Part shown: positions 1-10,169 of the stretch, in pieces
Layout of the letters: each line of letters begins with the position of its first letter
Numbering within the stretch: the stretch's first letter is position 1
NCBI GenBank assembly: GCA_964392445.1
Contig: CAYMPD010000002.1
Coordinates: 30,382-94,381 of the forward strand
Direction: 5' to 3'
Source of the DNA: an uncultured archaeon
GTDB lineage: Archaea > Aenigmatarchaeota > Aenigmatarchaeia > CG10238-14
DNA: 64,000 bases
Program-made: the position numbers and the translations under genes
The notes under the pieces: generated by a model
What the model saw: the letters and a program-made list of their open reading frames with translations, nothing else
What the model was told of the DNA's origin: nothing
Database searches by the model: none

Positions 1-1758
1 ACTACCGTGCCGACTACCACCACAACAATTCCAACCACCACCACCACCACAACAATTCCTACAACCACTACTACGATTCCGACTACAACAACCTCAACAA
101 CCTCAACAACTACTACCACTACTACTTCAACAACTACTTCAACAACCACAACAACTGTACCGACAACATCTACTACCACTACAGTTCCTACTACCACAAC
201 TACAATAAGTACAACAACTACCACTGTGCCTACAACTACGACTTCAATTACAACCACTACAACTACTGTGCCAACCACCACAACAGTATCAACCACAACA
301 ACGATTCCAACAACTACCACCACAATTCCAGGGCTAGACGTCAGGTTCAAGTACACGTTTTTCTGTAAATGGGATGAATTACCAGACATGGACTGGTTAG
401 ATTATACTTACAAGACTGGAGACGTACCTTACGCTTGCCGTCCAGATGATAAGCCCAAGATAACTAGCACTACTGACGATGGTAATATAGATGACAGCAA
501 AGAAGGTCCTTACACCATTTGCGCGGAAGTTTGGGATAAATGTACTATTGCTACTTATTGCTACGAGATTCCAAAGGAAGTTTGGATAGAAGAAGTCGGT
601 AGAGAGATGCACTGGTGGGTAAATGCAACTGCGTCTAATGGAAAAAATGATTTAGAAGGCGCTGTTTTGGGCGGATTGATATCAGACGACGATGAAGAGT
701 ACCCAGAATTTTCCAACCCAACTTATACCAGAAGACCTATGTACAATGAATCAATGACCGTTGTAATTGGAATAACGGATGAAAGTGTAATTTCGTCCAC
801 AAACCTTACATATGATTATGATTATTCAACGGGAATAGACGGATTTGATGATAATCCAACCATTTCAGGTAACACTTACACATTTACTATCCCAGCTGCT
901 TGCCCAGGAGAGACTGATCCAAATAATTGTGAGTATAAATGGAGAAACATGAAATTCTGGATTGAAGCAACTGATAATGATACAGACAGACCAGATGATA
1001 AAATATCCGTTACTTTCACCAGTCCAGATGGTTCTGAATCAATACTAATAGATCCTCCTGAAATTGAATTCCACGTAGAGGTTACACATGATCCGTATAT
1101 ATTCTTGTACGGACCAAGTCAATCTTCAATAACAGTAAAAGAATGCAGTTATTATCCATTCATAGTTGACGCTGAAGATCCAGATGGAGATATATTAGTT
1201 TACAGTTGGTATGTTGACGGTGAGAAGGTAGCCTACGGTAAAGAATTTACTTATCAAACACAAGCTGGCGACATAGGTGAACACGAGGTTAAAGTAATAG
1301 TCTCGGACAGAGAATTTACAGATGAGCATGTCTGGACAGTTAATGTAATCTCAGGAGAATGTGAAGAGGAAGAACCAACAACCACAACCACAATTCCAAC
1401 AACCACAACTACTCAGAAATCTGATGGAGGAGATAGTTCATCTGATGGTACAGTTAGTGGCGGAGGTAGTTTATCTGGCTCATCCAGCAGTGGAGGTGGC
1501 GGAGGTTCAATAAGAAGTACAACAACCACCACGGAAAAAGTAGAAGAAACAACAACTACACTTGAACCAATAGTTGTCAAGGATGGTCAGAGAGAAGAAA
1601 CAGAGCAAGAAACAGATGAAAAAAAACCAACTACTGGGAATGTGGTAGCAGCAAATTTCAAATATACTTTTCTATCCTTTATGGTAACTCTTGTTGTTGT
1701 AGGAGTACCACTGTTCTTTTTCGGTAGAAGTAGAAAATTTGGGGTAAAACCTGAATGA
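1..1758 (+). CDS. 5'-truncated secreted/surface protein with poly-Thr linkers and a C-terminal TM anchor (gene continues upstream of the window)
   Basis: The frame is open from nt 1 (codons act acc gtg... = TTV; the 'M' at nt 7 is GTG). Long TTTT(I/V)P repeats read as O-glycosylation-type linkers. There is a globular middle region. The C-terminus has a hydrophobic stretch FLSFMVTLVVVGVPLFFF followed by basic GRSRKFG. Confidence 0.6.
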   Translation, partial: TTVPTTTTTIPTTTTTTTIPTTTTTIPTTTTSTTSTTTTTTTSTTTSTTTTTVPTTSTTTTVPTTTTTISTTTTTVPTTTTSITTTTTTVPTTTTVSTTTTIPTTTTTIPGLDVRFKYTFFCKWDELPDMDWLDYTYKTGDVPYACRPDDKPKITSTTDDGNIDDSKEGPYTICAEVWDKCTIATYCYEIPKEVWIEEVGREMHWWVNATASNGKNDLEGAVLGGLISDDDEEYPEFSNPTYTRRPMYNESMTVVIGITDESVISSTNLTYDYDYSTGIDGFDDNPTISGNTYTFTIPAACPGETDPNNCEYKWRNMKFWIEATDNDTDRPDDKISVTFTSPDGSESILIDPPEIEFHVEVTHDPYIFLYGPSQSSITVKECSYYPFIVDAEDPDGDILVYSWYVDGEKVAYGKEFTYQTQAGDIGEHEVKVIVSDREFTDEHVWTVNVISGECEEEEPTTTTTIPTTTTTQKSDGGDSSSDGTVSGGGSLSGSSSSGGGGGSIRSTTTTTEKVEETTTTLEPIVVKDGQREETEQETDEKKPTTGNVVAANFKYTFLSFMVTLVVVGVPLFFFGRSRKFGVKPE

Positions 1759-1999
1759 TAAATTATTTTTGATTCAAAAGAGGTAAAATATACTTCTAAT
1801 AGCAAATTTCATAAGTATCTGTGAGTGACATCAATAGTTTATTAATTCTTAGGTAGTACTATTATTATGTAGGATTAATATTTTTTCGGTCTTTTCCATC
1901 CAATCGGACGAGGGGGTTTGTATAATTAGTAGAGGAAAACATTTAGTTAGAGGTATTGTTATTGTTCTTTGTGTATTTGGATTAGTTCTAGGTTCTGGT

Positions 2000-4900
2000 T
2001 TGGGGGCTACTATTGAGGTCAGTCAGCCTGTTCAAGTAACTAGTAATGAATATTATGAACGTGGTCAGGCACTTGTTTATGACGGTATGGATTACTGGTT
2101 GTTCTATGGTAGATCGGTTAGTGTAACTGGTAATTATGAAACAGGTAATCCGGATACCCATGATTATAAAATATATTATAAGAAAGCCCCTACTGTTGCT
2201 GGATTAGTCGGTGCTACTCCAGTTCTTCTTTCTAATGTCAATAATGCGAACATTTATCTTGGGGAATTGGATGCAGCTTATTATGACGGGATTGTTCGTG
2301 TTTATGCATCAATTGATCAGGGGTCTTCAGCAGACTTATACCAATTTTATACTGATGACGGAGGTTCCACATGGAATTCAAATACAATAACTACTGGTTT
2401 ACCCGACGGTTCAGCACATCACGCAGCAATTACTTGTGATGGGAAATTATGGTTTGCTTATCAACTTGGAAATGATTGGAAATCAAAATATTGGGATGGT
2501 TCTTGGAGCAGCGAATATGATATAACAAATAATTATGGGACGGCTAAATTTTATTGTGAAGGTTCTACTCTCTACTTTGTTCGGGCAGAGGGCGGTAATC
2601 AAGATCTTCATGAATGGGTTGGTAGTTCTTGGTCTGAGATAGATTCTTCTTCTGACACGGGTTCATATGACCCGACTATTTACAAAGTTGGTAGTAATTA
2701 TGTTTATGCTTATGCCCCTTGGGTAAGTCCAAAACAATGGATTAGCGGGAAGGTTGGCGCAGATTTAACAACATTATTATCATTCGGTTCTGAGGTAGCT
2801 ATCACGGAAGCTGAATATGGGACTAATACATGGATTGACATGTGGCCTACAGGTTTCAAGGACAATTCAGGTGATACTTATCTTTTCTACACTTCAGAAA
2901 GAAATCCAGATGACCCCACTTCTGAAATTGATGGCAATATTTGGTATCTTCCAGTCGATTGGGGTGTAACTAATGATCATTACACGTATATTCAGGAAGC
3001 TATAGATAGTGCTAGTTCTGGAGATATTATCAATGTTGACGATGGCATATATGATGAAATGCTTACAATTGACAAGAGTCTTACAATTAAAGGTTCGGGT
3101 AAGGATCAAACTTTCTTGGAATCTAATAGCGGGTCGCCAGTTATAACTATATCTGTTGATGATGTAACTCTTCAAGATTTGGAATTGACAGATGACACAA
3201 ATTTAGAAGAAGGTATCCGAGTCGTTTCTGGTGCTTCTTCGGGATTGAATCTTGAAAATATTGAATTTACCAATTTGGGAAACGATCCGGCTTCGGGTAA
3301 TGCATATGGAATTAATGTAATGAATTCCTTTAGTGACTTAACGATATCTGATTGTGATTTTATTGCTACATATCTGGGTGAAACCTCAAGAGGAATTGGT
3401 TTATTTGCAGGTAATGGTTACAAACTAAATAATTTTAAAATCGAAGATTCTAGCTTCGAATATTTGTTTGTTGGTATTTACCTTCGTTCTGCTATAGAGA
3501 ATTTGAATATATCAAATAACGTATTTGGTCCGTTTGAATTGGATGATTGCACCGCTGCTGTAGCAGGTATTTATATTGGAGACGGAGATGATTATAATTT
3601 TGACATTAAAGACGTGTTTGTAACGGGCAATACATTTACCGAATATGGGCGTGGTGTGTATGTTTGGAATTATGCTAATGACGCATCTATTGATAATTTC
3701 AATATTTATGAAAATACCTTTACCAATTCCATTTGGAGTGCTGGGGTTAGATTTATAGCCGGTTTGGGGTCTGATGAACAGGTTTCTTTTGACGGAATAA
3801 ACGTTTATGATAATACTTTCACTCAGGATTCCGAAGTGGGCGCACATGTTGGTATGATAGATTTCAGGACTTATTGTGAACTTAGTTCATGTGATGTTAG
3901 CATTATGAATAACGAAATAACATTCAGTGGAGACCCTTATGCAGATCCAATGTCTGGTATTATATTTTGGTCTTACGAAGGTCCTTTTACTAATACGATA
4001 GTTGAAGATAATACTTTGGATGGATCCAATATTGGAGGATCAGGAGACCCATCATCATCGGGTATACTCGTCATACATGCCAGTGAAAGTTTCTGGCCAT
4101 CAAGTACAATGAGTGTGGAATTTAATGATAATGAAGTAAAGGGCTTCAAAAATGGTGTAGCTATTTATGATTATGTTAATTCACAATATGGAGGTCTTCC
4201 TACAGGATCCTACATGAATACACACTTTAACAGTATATATGACAATAATCTCTACGGTGTAAGAAATGATAATGGAGATGTGATAGACGCAACCTACAAC
4301 TGGTGGGGCGATCCTTCTGGTCCTCATCATCCAACAACTAATCCTTGGGGAACTGGTGATAATGTTTCGGATTATGTTCTTTTCGATCCATGGTGTACTT
4401 GTCTTCAAGACAGCGATTGTGATGACGGGAATGAGGCTACAGTGGATGTATGTTTTGAAAATAATTGTAGTTGTGGTCATATACCAGCGGAATGTGTCGA
4501 AGATTCGGATTGTATTGGTGATGGTTGGCATGATACAGGAAGGAACAGAACTATCTCTGAAGAGTGTAGATTTAGACATCAAAAAGAACAGGAATACAGG
4601 GAACATTACTGTAATTCCACTTATGAATGTGCTTATAATGTAATAGATAGCAGATGGGTGAACACTGGCGAATACACAAACAAAACAGATGGAATATCTT
4701 GTAACGATAGGAATGGTTGTACCGAAAATAACACTTGCTATGAAGGTGTGTGTACGGGGGATGAAGTAGATTGTTCTCATATGAACAGTCAATGTATAGT
4801 AGGTGTATGCAACAGTACAGCCGATTATGATTACGAATGTATTGAAAACACCACTATAAGAGAAGGTAATACCTGTTCTGATGGAATATACTGCACGGTC

Positions 4901-6502
4901 AACGAAAGATGTGAATCTGGTGTTTGTACCGGAGGCGGAGAAAGAGACTGTTCTGATGGTTATTCCTGTACAGACGATCACTGTAACAACACACTTTACA
5001 CATGTGTGAACGCTATTAATGACAGTCATTGTTCAAGCGGGGAAATATGTGATCCTGATGTTTATGAACACACCGATTCAGGTTGTGGTAATCTGGAACT
5101 AACACTGATCTCGCCCGTTGATGGCGAAGCATACGGAGAGAGGTATGTTGATATAGAGGCCTTAGTTAACGGTAAATGTGATAAAATACAGTACTCGGTT
5201 GATGGAGGATATTTCTCTTCGTTATGCAGAAACTGTGATGGATTCTTTGGTTCTAAATCCTTTTCGGACGGTTATCATACTTTGATCGTCAATGCCATGA
5301 CTGATAGGGAAGTTGATCAGGAAACTCGAGACTTCTACGTGGATGGTACGGATCCAACGATATATTTGACCTATCCTGATGATGGTGAAGTTTTACAAGG
5401 CACGGAATTCGGAATTAGATATACTGAGATGAATTTAGATAAAATAACACTTTTCTTGGACATAGATGGGATTTCTGTGTCAGAGGTATTAACGGATTGT
5501 ACCTCTGGAAGTTATCGAGAATGTTCGATTGATTATGATCTAACTGGATATAACGGAGATGTGACTTATTATTTCAGAGTTGAAGATATGGCTAATTCAG
5601 TTGAATCTGACCCCAAAACTATAACCATCGATAACATTGATCCCACGGTCGATATAGTTATGCCAGTGGATGGAGAAACCTATAGTTCGGTTAGAGTGGA
5701 CGTTGATATTGATGTTGATGAAATGGTTGATTATCTGGAATCCTCTCGTGACGGATTAACTTATAGAACTATATGCAGGAACTGTGACGGTTTCACCGGT
5801 TACATGATATTCAACTATGGTGAGAGGGAATTATATGTTAGAGCAACGGATTATGCTGGTAATATAGGTGAAGATTATGTTAGTTTTGAAGTTTCCACTG
5901 TTACCACTACCACAACTACCACTACCACAACAACCACAACTCCTGTAACTACCACGGTTACCACAACAACGACTCCAAGTACTGTGGTTACCACTACAAC
6001 CCCAACAACCACTACAACTATGGACGGGGATGGATTAGTGATAATCTGTGATGAGATGACTACATCTTGTCATGTGTCCTGTAAATCAAGATTATGTGAT
6101 CCGGATGAATACGAATATTGTAAGTACGAGTGGTATCCACCTGCACCATGTGAGTCATTGGAACAATTTATAACCCCTGGAGATTCAGCTTCTTGGATGA
6201 CTTGTAATAGACAAGGATCATGTGTACTGAAAGCGAAACCAAGAGAAGGGATACCTACGCCAACAACCACAACAACACTTTCAGATGGGTGTGAAAAGAT
6301 ATGTGATGTTGAAAGAACTCCAGCTTGTCATATAAGTTGCGGTAAATGTCCAGAAGATTATGATTATTGTGAATATGAGTTCTCATCTCCATGCGGATAT
6401 AAGACAGGTCATGTAGAATCTGGTAATTATATACCATTCACATATTGTAACCAGGCCGGAAGTTGTAGTCTATGGGGGTGTTATGGTGTTATATTAAACT
6501 AG
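2000..6502 (+). CDS. Giant (>=1500 aa) secreted right-handed beta-helix (pectin-lyase-fold-like) protein with Cys-rich knots, a poly-Thr linker and two C-terminal 8-Cys modules
   Basis: Beta-helix-type repeats are rich in N/D/G/I/T/F (NxxF/NNxI). A 'NWWGDPSGPHHPTTNPWGTGDNVSDYVLFDPW' motif is shared with the ORF at 17875. Many CxxC/Cys-rich segments are present, along with T-rich linkers and a C-terminal repeated Cys module. The track start is TTG. The in-frame upstream sequence encodes a signal-peptide-like stretch KHLVRGIVIVLCVFGLVLGSGLGA without an ATG, so the true start probably lies at about 1922-1946. Confidence 0.6.
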   Translation: MGATIEVSQPVQVTSNEYYERGQALVYDGMDYWLFYGRSVSVTGNYETGNPDTHDYKIYYKKAPTVAGLVGATPVLLSNVNNANIYLGELDAAYYDGIVRVYASIDQGSSADLYQFYTDDGGSTWNSNTITTGLPDGSAHHAAITCDGKLWFAYQLGNDWKSKYWDGSWSSEYDITNNYGTAKFYCEGSTLYFVRAEGGNQDLHEWVGSSWSEIDSSSDTGSYDPTIYKVGSNYVYAYAPWVSPKQWISGKVGADLTTLLSFGSEVAITEAEYGTNTWIDMWPTGFKDNSGDTYLFYTSERNPDDPTSEIDGNIWYLPVDWGVTNDHYTYIQEAIDSASSGDIINVDDGIYDEMLTIDKSLTIKGSGKDQTFLESNSGSPVITISVDDVTLQDLELTDDTNLEEGIRVVSGASSGLNLENIEFTNLGNDPASGNAYGINVMNSFSDLTISDCDFIATYLGETSRGIGLFAGNGYKLNNFKIEDSSFEYLFVGIYLRSAIENLNISNNVFGPFELDDCTAAVAGIYIGDGDDYNFDIKDVFVTGNTFTEYGRGVYVWNYANDASIDNFNIYENTFTNSIWSAGVRFIAGLGSDEQVSFDGINVYDNTFTQDSEVGAHVGMIDFRTYCELSSCDVSIMNNEITFSGDPYADPMSGIIFWSYEGPFTNTIVEDNTLDGSNIGGSGDPSSSGILVIHASESFWPSSTMSVEFNDNEVKGFKNGVAIYDYVNSQYGGLPTGSYMNTHFNSIYDNNLYGVRNDNGDVIDATYNWWGDPSGPHHPTTNPWGTGDNVSDYVLFDPWCTCLQDSDCDDGNEATVDVCFENNCSCGHIPAECVEDSDCIGDGWHDTGRNRTISEECRFRHQKEQEYREHYCNSTYECAYNVIDSRWVNTGEYTNKTDGISCNDRNGCTENNTCYEGVCTGDEVDCSHMNSQCIVGVCNSTADYDYECIENTTIREGNTCSDGIYCTVNERCESGVCTGGGERDCSDGYSCTDDHCNNTLYTCVNAINDSHCSSGEICDPDVYEHTDSGCGNLELTLISPVDGEAYGERYVDIEALVNGKCDKIQYSVDGGYFSSLCRNCDGFFGSKSFSDGYHTLIVNAMTDREVDQETRDFYVDGTDPTIYLTYPDDGEVLQGTEFGIRYTEMNLDKITLFLDIDGISVSEVLTDCTSGSYRECSIDYDLTGYNGDVTYYFRVEDMANSVESDPKTITIDNIDPTVDIVMPVDGETYSSVRVDVDIDVDEMVDYLESSRDGLTYRTICRNCDGFTGYMIFNYGERELYVRATDYAGNIGEDYVSFEVSTVTTTTTTTTTTTTTPVTTTVTTTTTPSTVVTTTTPTTTTTMDGDGLVIICDEMTTSCHVSCKSRLCDPDEYEYCKYEWYPPAPCESLEQFITPGDSASWMTCNRQGSCVLKAKPREGIPTPTTTTTLSDGCEKICDVERTPACHISCGKCPEDYDYCEYEFSSPCGYKTGHVESGNYIPFTYCNQAGSCSLWGCYGVILN

Positions 6503-6515
6503 AAAAGATGGTAAT

Positions 6516-8231
6516 ATGATAAGAAAGAATGCGATAATAATAATTACAGTTTTATTTTTATTACCTCTTGCCCTAGGATTTAATCTCGAGCTTAATTACA
6601 CTAACGGTGGGCTTATAGATATGGCAACTTGTCCCGAATTTGGACTGGATTGTACCATTAATAACTATGTATATGCTGATAGCCCTGATCAATCAAAAAT
6701 GGGGGTTACTTCGGATCATCCATCTGGTAAAGGAGAATCAAAGATATATGCTAAATTTAATCTATCCATGATACCTGATGATTATAATCTTATAACTAGT
6801 GCTAATCTATCGTTGAGTTATGCCGAAAAGAGTGGTACTGATCAACCAAATATAGGATGTTGGGAATATTATAATGATAGTTGGAGTTCTTGGAGTAGTT
6901 ACAGAAAAACAGATGCCACTTGGGATATGGAAAGAAATGAACAAGTCTTAGATAATGGAGAGTTAAAAAATTTATTTGATGTTACAGAAGCAGTTAATAG
7001 AGAGTTTCAGGGAGATAAAATAATATCTTTTGGGCTTGGTAATTATACTGTTGGAAGCTGGGCTTATGCTTACAATACCCACATTAGAAGCCTTGAAACA
7101 AGTTTCAAACTAACAATAAACGCTGTTAATTGTGGAAATGGTAAAATTGACGAAGGAGAAACTTGTGAGAACTGTTTGGTTGATTATTTTACCCAGAATT
7201 TTGATATTAAATCTGATGTAATTTTTTCGGTTTTAGATAATTCAGAAATAGTTAGGTGGTTTGTCAAAACATTTGTTTGTTCTTACAGTGGTGATGTCAG
7301 TTATAAAATAACCAATTCCTCTGGTACCTTGTTTGAATATTATGGGAATTTGGATGTTGATGCTTCGGGAGGTAATTGGACTGAGGTTAATCAGGCAGAA
7401 ATACCGATTAGTCTAGAGGAAAACAAGACTATTGAGATGACTTATTCTATTGAGGATAATTTTACCAAGAACTATTACTCTTCTTATGAGCTGTTATGTA
7501 AGAAAGATACTACCAGTTGTGGATTATCCTGTAAAAAATGTCCTGAAAGGTTTTCTTTTTGTGAATATAGTTGGGAATCATCTTGTGGGTCAGAATCAGG
7601 AATTTTAAAACCGGGTGAAAGCTTACCTTTGTTGATTTGTACTTCTAAGGGCAAATGTTCTTTAAGAGGATATTACCTTGATTATAATGGAGGAGAAACA
7701 ACAACCACGACAACCACTGTTGAAGACACTACCACAATCTCGATCACAACCACTACAACTGAAACAACCACTACAATACCTGAGGAAGAATTAACGATAA
7801 TTTGTCAAGAACCAACAACAGCTTGTCATGTGACTTGCAAGTCAAGATTGTGTACCTCTGATTTGTATGAATATTGTGAATATGAATGGAGCAGTTTTTG
7901 TGGTAATATTAACAAAATAATTTATCCTGGAGATCCATCTCCTTGGATGGTTTGTAATTTAAGAGGGGATTGTGTACTAAAAGGAAAAGCATTAGAAGAA
8001 ATTCCAGCTACAACCACAACTACATTGCCAGGGGAACCGGAAATTTTGTGCAGCGAAGAGACAACAAGTTGTTATCATAAATGTCCAATCTGCCCAAGCG
8101 AGTTCGATTACTGTGAGTATAACTGGATTAGTCCATGTGGAAGTCAATTAGGGACTTTACAACCAGGCCAACACATGCCTTGGTTAGTCTGTTGGTCTAG
8201 AGGTAACTGTACTTTGATAGGATATAATTAG
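6516..8231 (+). CDS. Secreted protein with three C-terminal 8-Cys modules separated by poly-Thr linkers
   Basis: The N-terminus has a signal peptide (IIIITVLFLLPLALG). A module of the form T(S/A)C..(S/T)CK..C...(F/Y)x(F/Y)CEYxWxSxCG...PG...C...G.C.L occurs three times, and is homologous to the C-terminus of the ORF at 2000..6502. Confidence 0.6.
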   Translation: MIRKNAIIIITVLFLLPLALGFNLELNYTNGGLIDMATCPEFGLDCTINNYVYADSPDQSKMGVTSDHPSGKGESKIYAKFNLSMIPDDYNLITSANLSLSYAEKSGTDQPNIGCWEYYNDSWSSWSSYRKTDATWDMERNEQVLDNGELKNLFDVTEAVNREFQGDKIISFGLGNYTVGSWAYAYNTHIRSLETSFKLTINAVNCGNGKIDEGETCENCLVDYFTQNFDIKSDVIFSVLDNSEIVRWFVKTFVCSYSGDVSYKITNSSGTLFEYYGNLDVDASGGNWTEVNQAEIPISLEENKTIEMTYSIEDNFTKNYYSSYELLCKKDTTSCGLSCKKCPERFSFCEYSWESSCGSESGILKPGESLPLLICTSKGKCSLRGYYLDYNGGETTTTTTTVEDTTTISITTTTTETTTTIPEEELTIICQEPTTACHVTCKSRLCTSDLYEYCEYEWSSFCGNINKIIYPGDPSPWMVCNLRGDCVLKGKALEEIPATTTTTLPGEPEILCSEETTSCYHKCPICPSEFDYCEYNWISPCGSQLGTLQPGQHMPWLVCWSRGNCTLIGYN

Positions 8232-8826
8232 AATTTTAGTAGATTAATTTTTTATATAAAGTATTAAAAACGTTTATTTAACTTAGAAAACTTATTAGAA
8301 CCAAGTAGAACATCTATACTAGATTATACAAATCCTTTTTATGAAAAAAACCCATATTATGTTTTATTAGAAGAAAATGGACAATGAGAAGTCTATGAAA
8401 GATAAACAATTCGATCAATTTTGGGAGATGAGGTGTCCTAAGTGTAATACAACCATTGATATAGAGATACTAATAAATCAAATGATTGCCAATTCTGAAG
8501 ATAAGAAAAATTAAGTTAAACTAACTGAGTAATTTACACATATAGACCTACCAAAAGCACCAGCCCCCCTTATACAAGATGAACTTATTTCCCCTTCGAA
8601 AAGGGAAGAAACCTCTTCTGGACTTAAACCCCTGTCATTCAATCTCTTACCAGGTAATCCATCCATACCTATTGAATATAAAAAGGAGTCACCATTCTCA
8701 TATACATGGATATAGGTACCTGATTCAAATGGAGGGTTTTCTCCTAAACCAATTCGTCTATATTTTATCATTACCATCAAGTAGTAATAATATGAAAGCC
8801 CCCTTAAATAACTATGCGTTAAACTT

Positions 8827-9063
8827 TTAAGTAAAATCCACAGTTTTTATGCCTTCTATACCTTTTAGTTCTCTTAGAATTCGAGTGCCTTCTTCTTGAG
8901 ATTCGACAGAGAGGAGTAAGTGGTATCTTGATCCATCTGCGATATGTGGATATTGCCTTCCATAAAGTTCCACTAAAGCTTCCCATACGGTTTTATTATC
9001 TCTAGACTCAGAATAGATACAATTTATTCCTAAACAGGGCCTTTTTACATCCCTTTTTTCCAT
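8827..9063 (-). CDS. Stand-alone RAM (Lrp/AsnC ligand-binding-like, ACT-fold) domain protein
   Basis: 78 aa. The pattern matches a RAM-domain beta-alpha-beta-beta-alpha-beta consensus (…CIYSESRD…VWEALVELYG…HLLLSVESQEEGTRILRELKGIEGIKTVD). It ends with (E/D)GIK(T)V. Confidence 0.45.
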   Translation of the reverse strand: MEKRDVKRPCLGINCIYSESRDNKTVWEALVELYGRQYPHIADGSRYHLLLSVESQEEGTRILRELKGIEGIKTVDFT

Positions 9064-9545
9064 AGAATATGACTAAATTTTAATTCTTAAATTCCCATCG
9101 TTTATTTGCAGAAAAATACAGAACGTATAAAATATAATATGGTATTTTAGATATTTATATGAGATTGATTTAGAAATTAGCAATTAATAGGAAAATTAAC
9201 TTTTAAGTACGTAAAATAACCCCATGGTAAGAATAATCGAAGATCTTATAGGGGCAAATGATTGGAAGTCCCAGGGCATGAACCTATATTTACAACTTAT
9301 ACTGTGACTGTAGAATATATAATCGATAAAGACGGGAATATAGATCCTGAATCTGTAATAATAAGAGATTAAACCCCGAACTTAAATGCAATATATGAAG
9401 ATGATGTCCTGTGTTGTATGACTTTTATGGGAGATAAATTTCTGTCATATATAATATACCGAAATAGTATAAAACGTTATCTAATTAGACTTTTTAGAGG
9501 TAAAGGTGTTAAATTAAAAAACAGGAATTTATAGCCATTTTTACG

Positions 9546-9902
9546 TCAATCAAATATTTCTTTCAAATCGGCTTTATCAATAATAGAATCTTCTTCTATC
9601 CTGATTTTTCCGTCCAAATATACTCTTCCTACAGTTCTTGACTCTCCTGGAAATCTTCCATACAGAATATCAAAATAATTAGGATTTTCCCAATTGTCAG
9701 GTATCAGACTAACATCATACTTATCTTCAACTTCTCGTTTTCTGGACTGATTTACGTTCACATTACTTCTATTTTTAAGGAAATTGTATAGAATACTTGC
9801 ACTAATTAAGAAAGCAAATCCGGCTAAAGGTGATAATAAAGCATCAAGTCCAGTTGGCATTTCCCCATCGTAATTTAAAGTTCCACTAATATCATATCCC
9901 AT
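9546..9902 (-). CDS. Hypothetical protein with an N-terminal TM segment
   Basis: 118-aa ORF with a hydrophobic segment LAGFAFLISASILYNF. No recognisable domain. Confidence 0.3.
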   Translation of the reverse strand: MGYDISGTLNYDGEMPTGLDALLSPLAGFAFLISASILYNFLKNRSNVNVNQSRKREVEDKYDVSLIPDNWENPNYFDILYGRFPGESRTVGRVYLDGKIRIEEDSIIDKADLKEIFD

Positions 9903-10169
9903 CTAATATAGGTCACTTGGTCCCATTCCTATCAATTAATAATTATTGGGTAAATTTTAAATCTTCATCAGATTTTCAGAAAACCACGGACGTGTAATAT
10001 AATTAGCGAAATAAGATATTGTGGTCCTTTTGGTAGAGAATCCAGTTTAAATATACATGAAGATTTACCACCTGGGTATTTAGTATTGGGTTATAATGAT
10101 GATGAAAATTGTGGACCTTTTTTTATAACATCTGTACCTCTTAGGAATAGAAGCTAATAATTAGATGAT

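Noticed and set aside
1-400. Highly periodic 'accaccacaaca' tracts that look superficially like short tandem or CRISPR-like repeats (also at 5890-6010, 7700-7790 and 29490-29530)
   Set aside because: They are in-frame Thr/Pro codon runs encoding poly-Thr linkers. There are no spacers of uniform length and no repeat-spacer architecture, so this is not CRISPR.
4181-5029. 282-aa ORF on the minus strand inside the giant beta-helix gene
   Set aside because: It lies entirely antisense to a strongly supported long CDS, and its translation is low-complexity (T/V/I-rich). This is a typical shadow ORF.
8377-8514. 45-aa ORF with a single CPKC half zinc-finger in a long AT-rich spacer
   Set aside because: It is too short, carries a single CxxC only, and has no ribosome-binding-site-like element. 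Support is insufficient.
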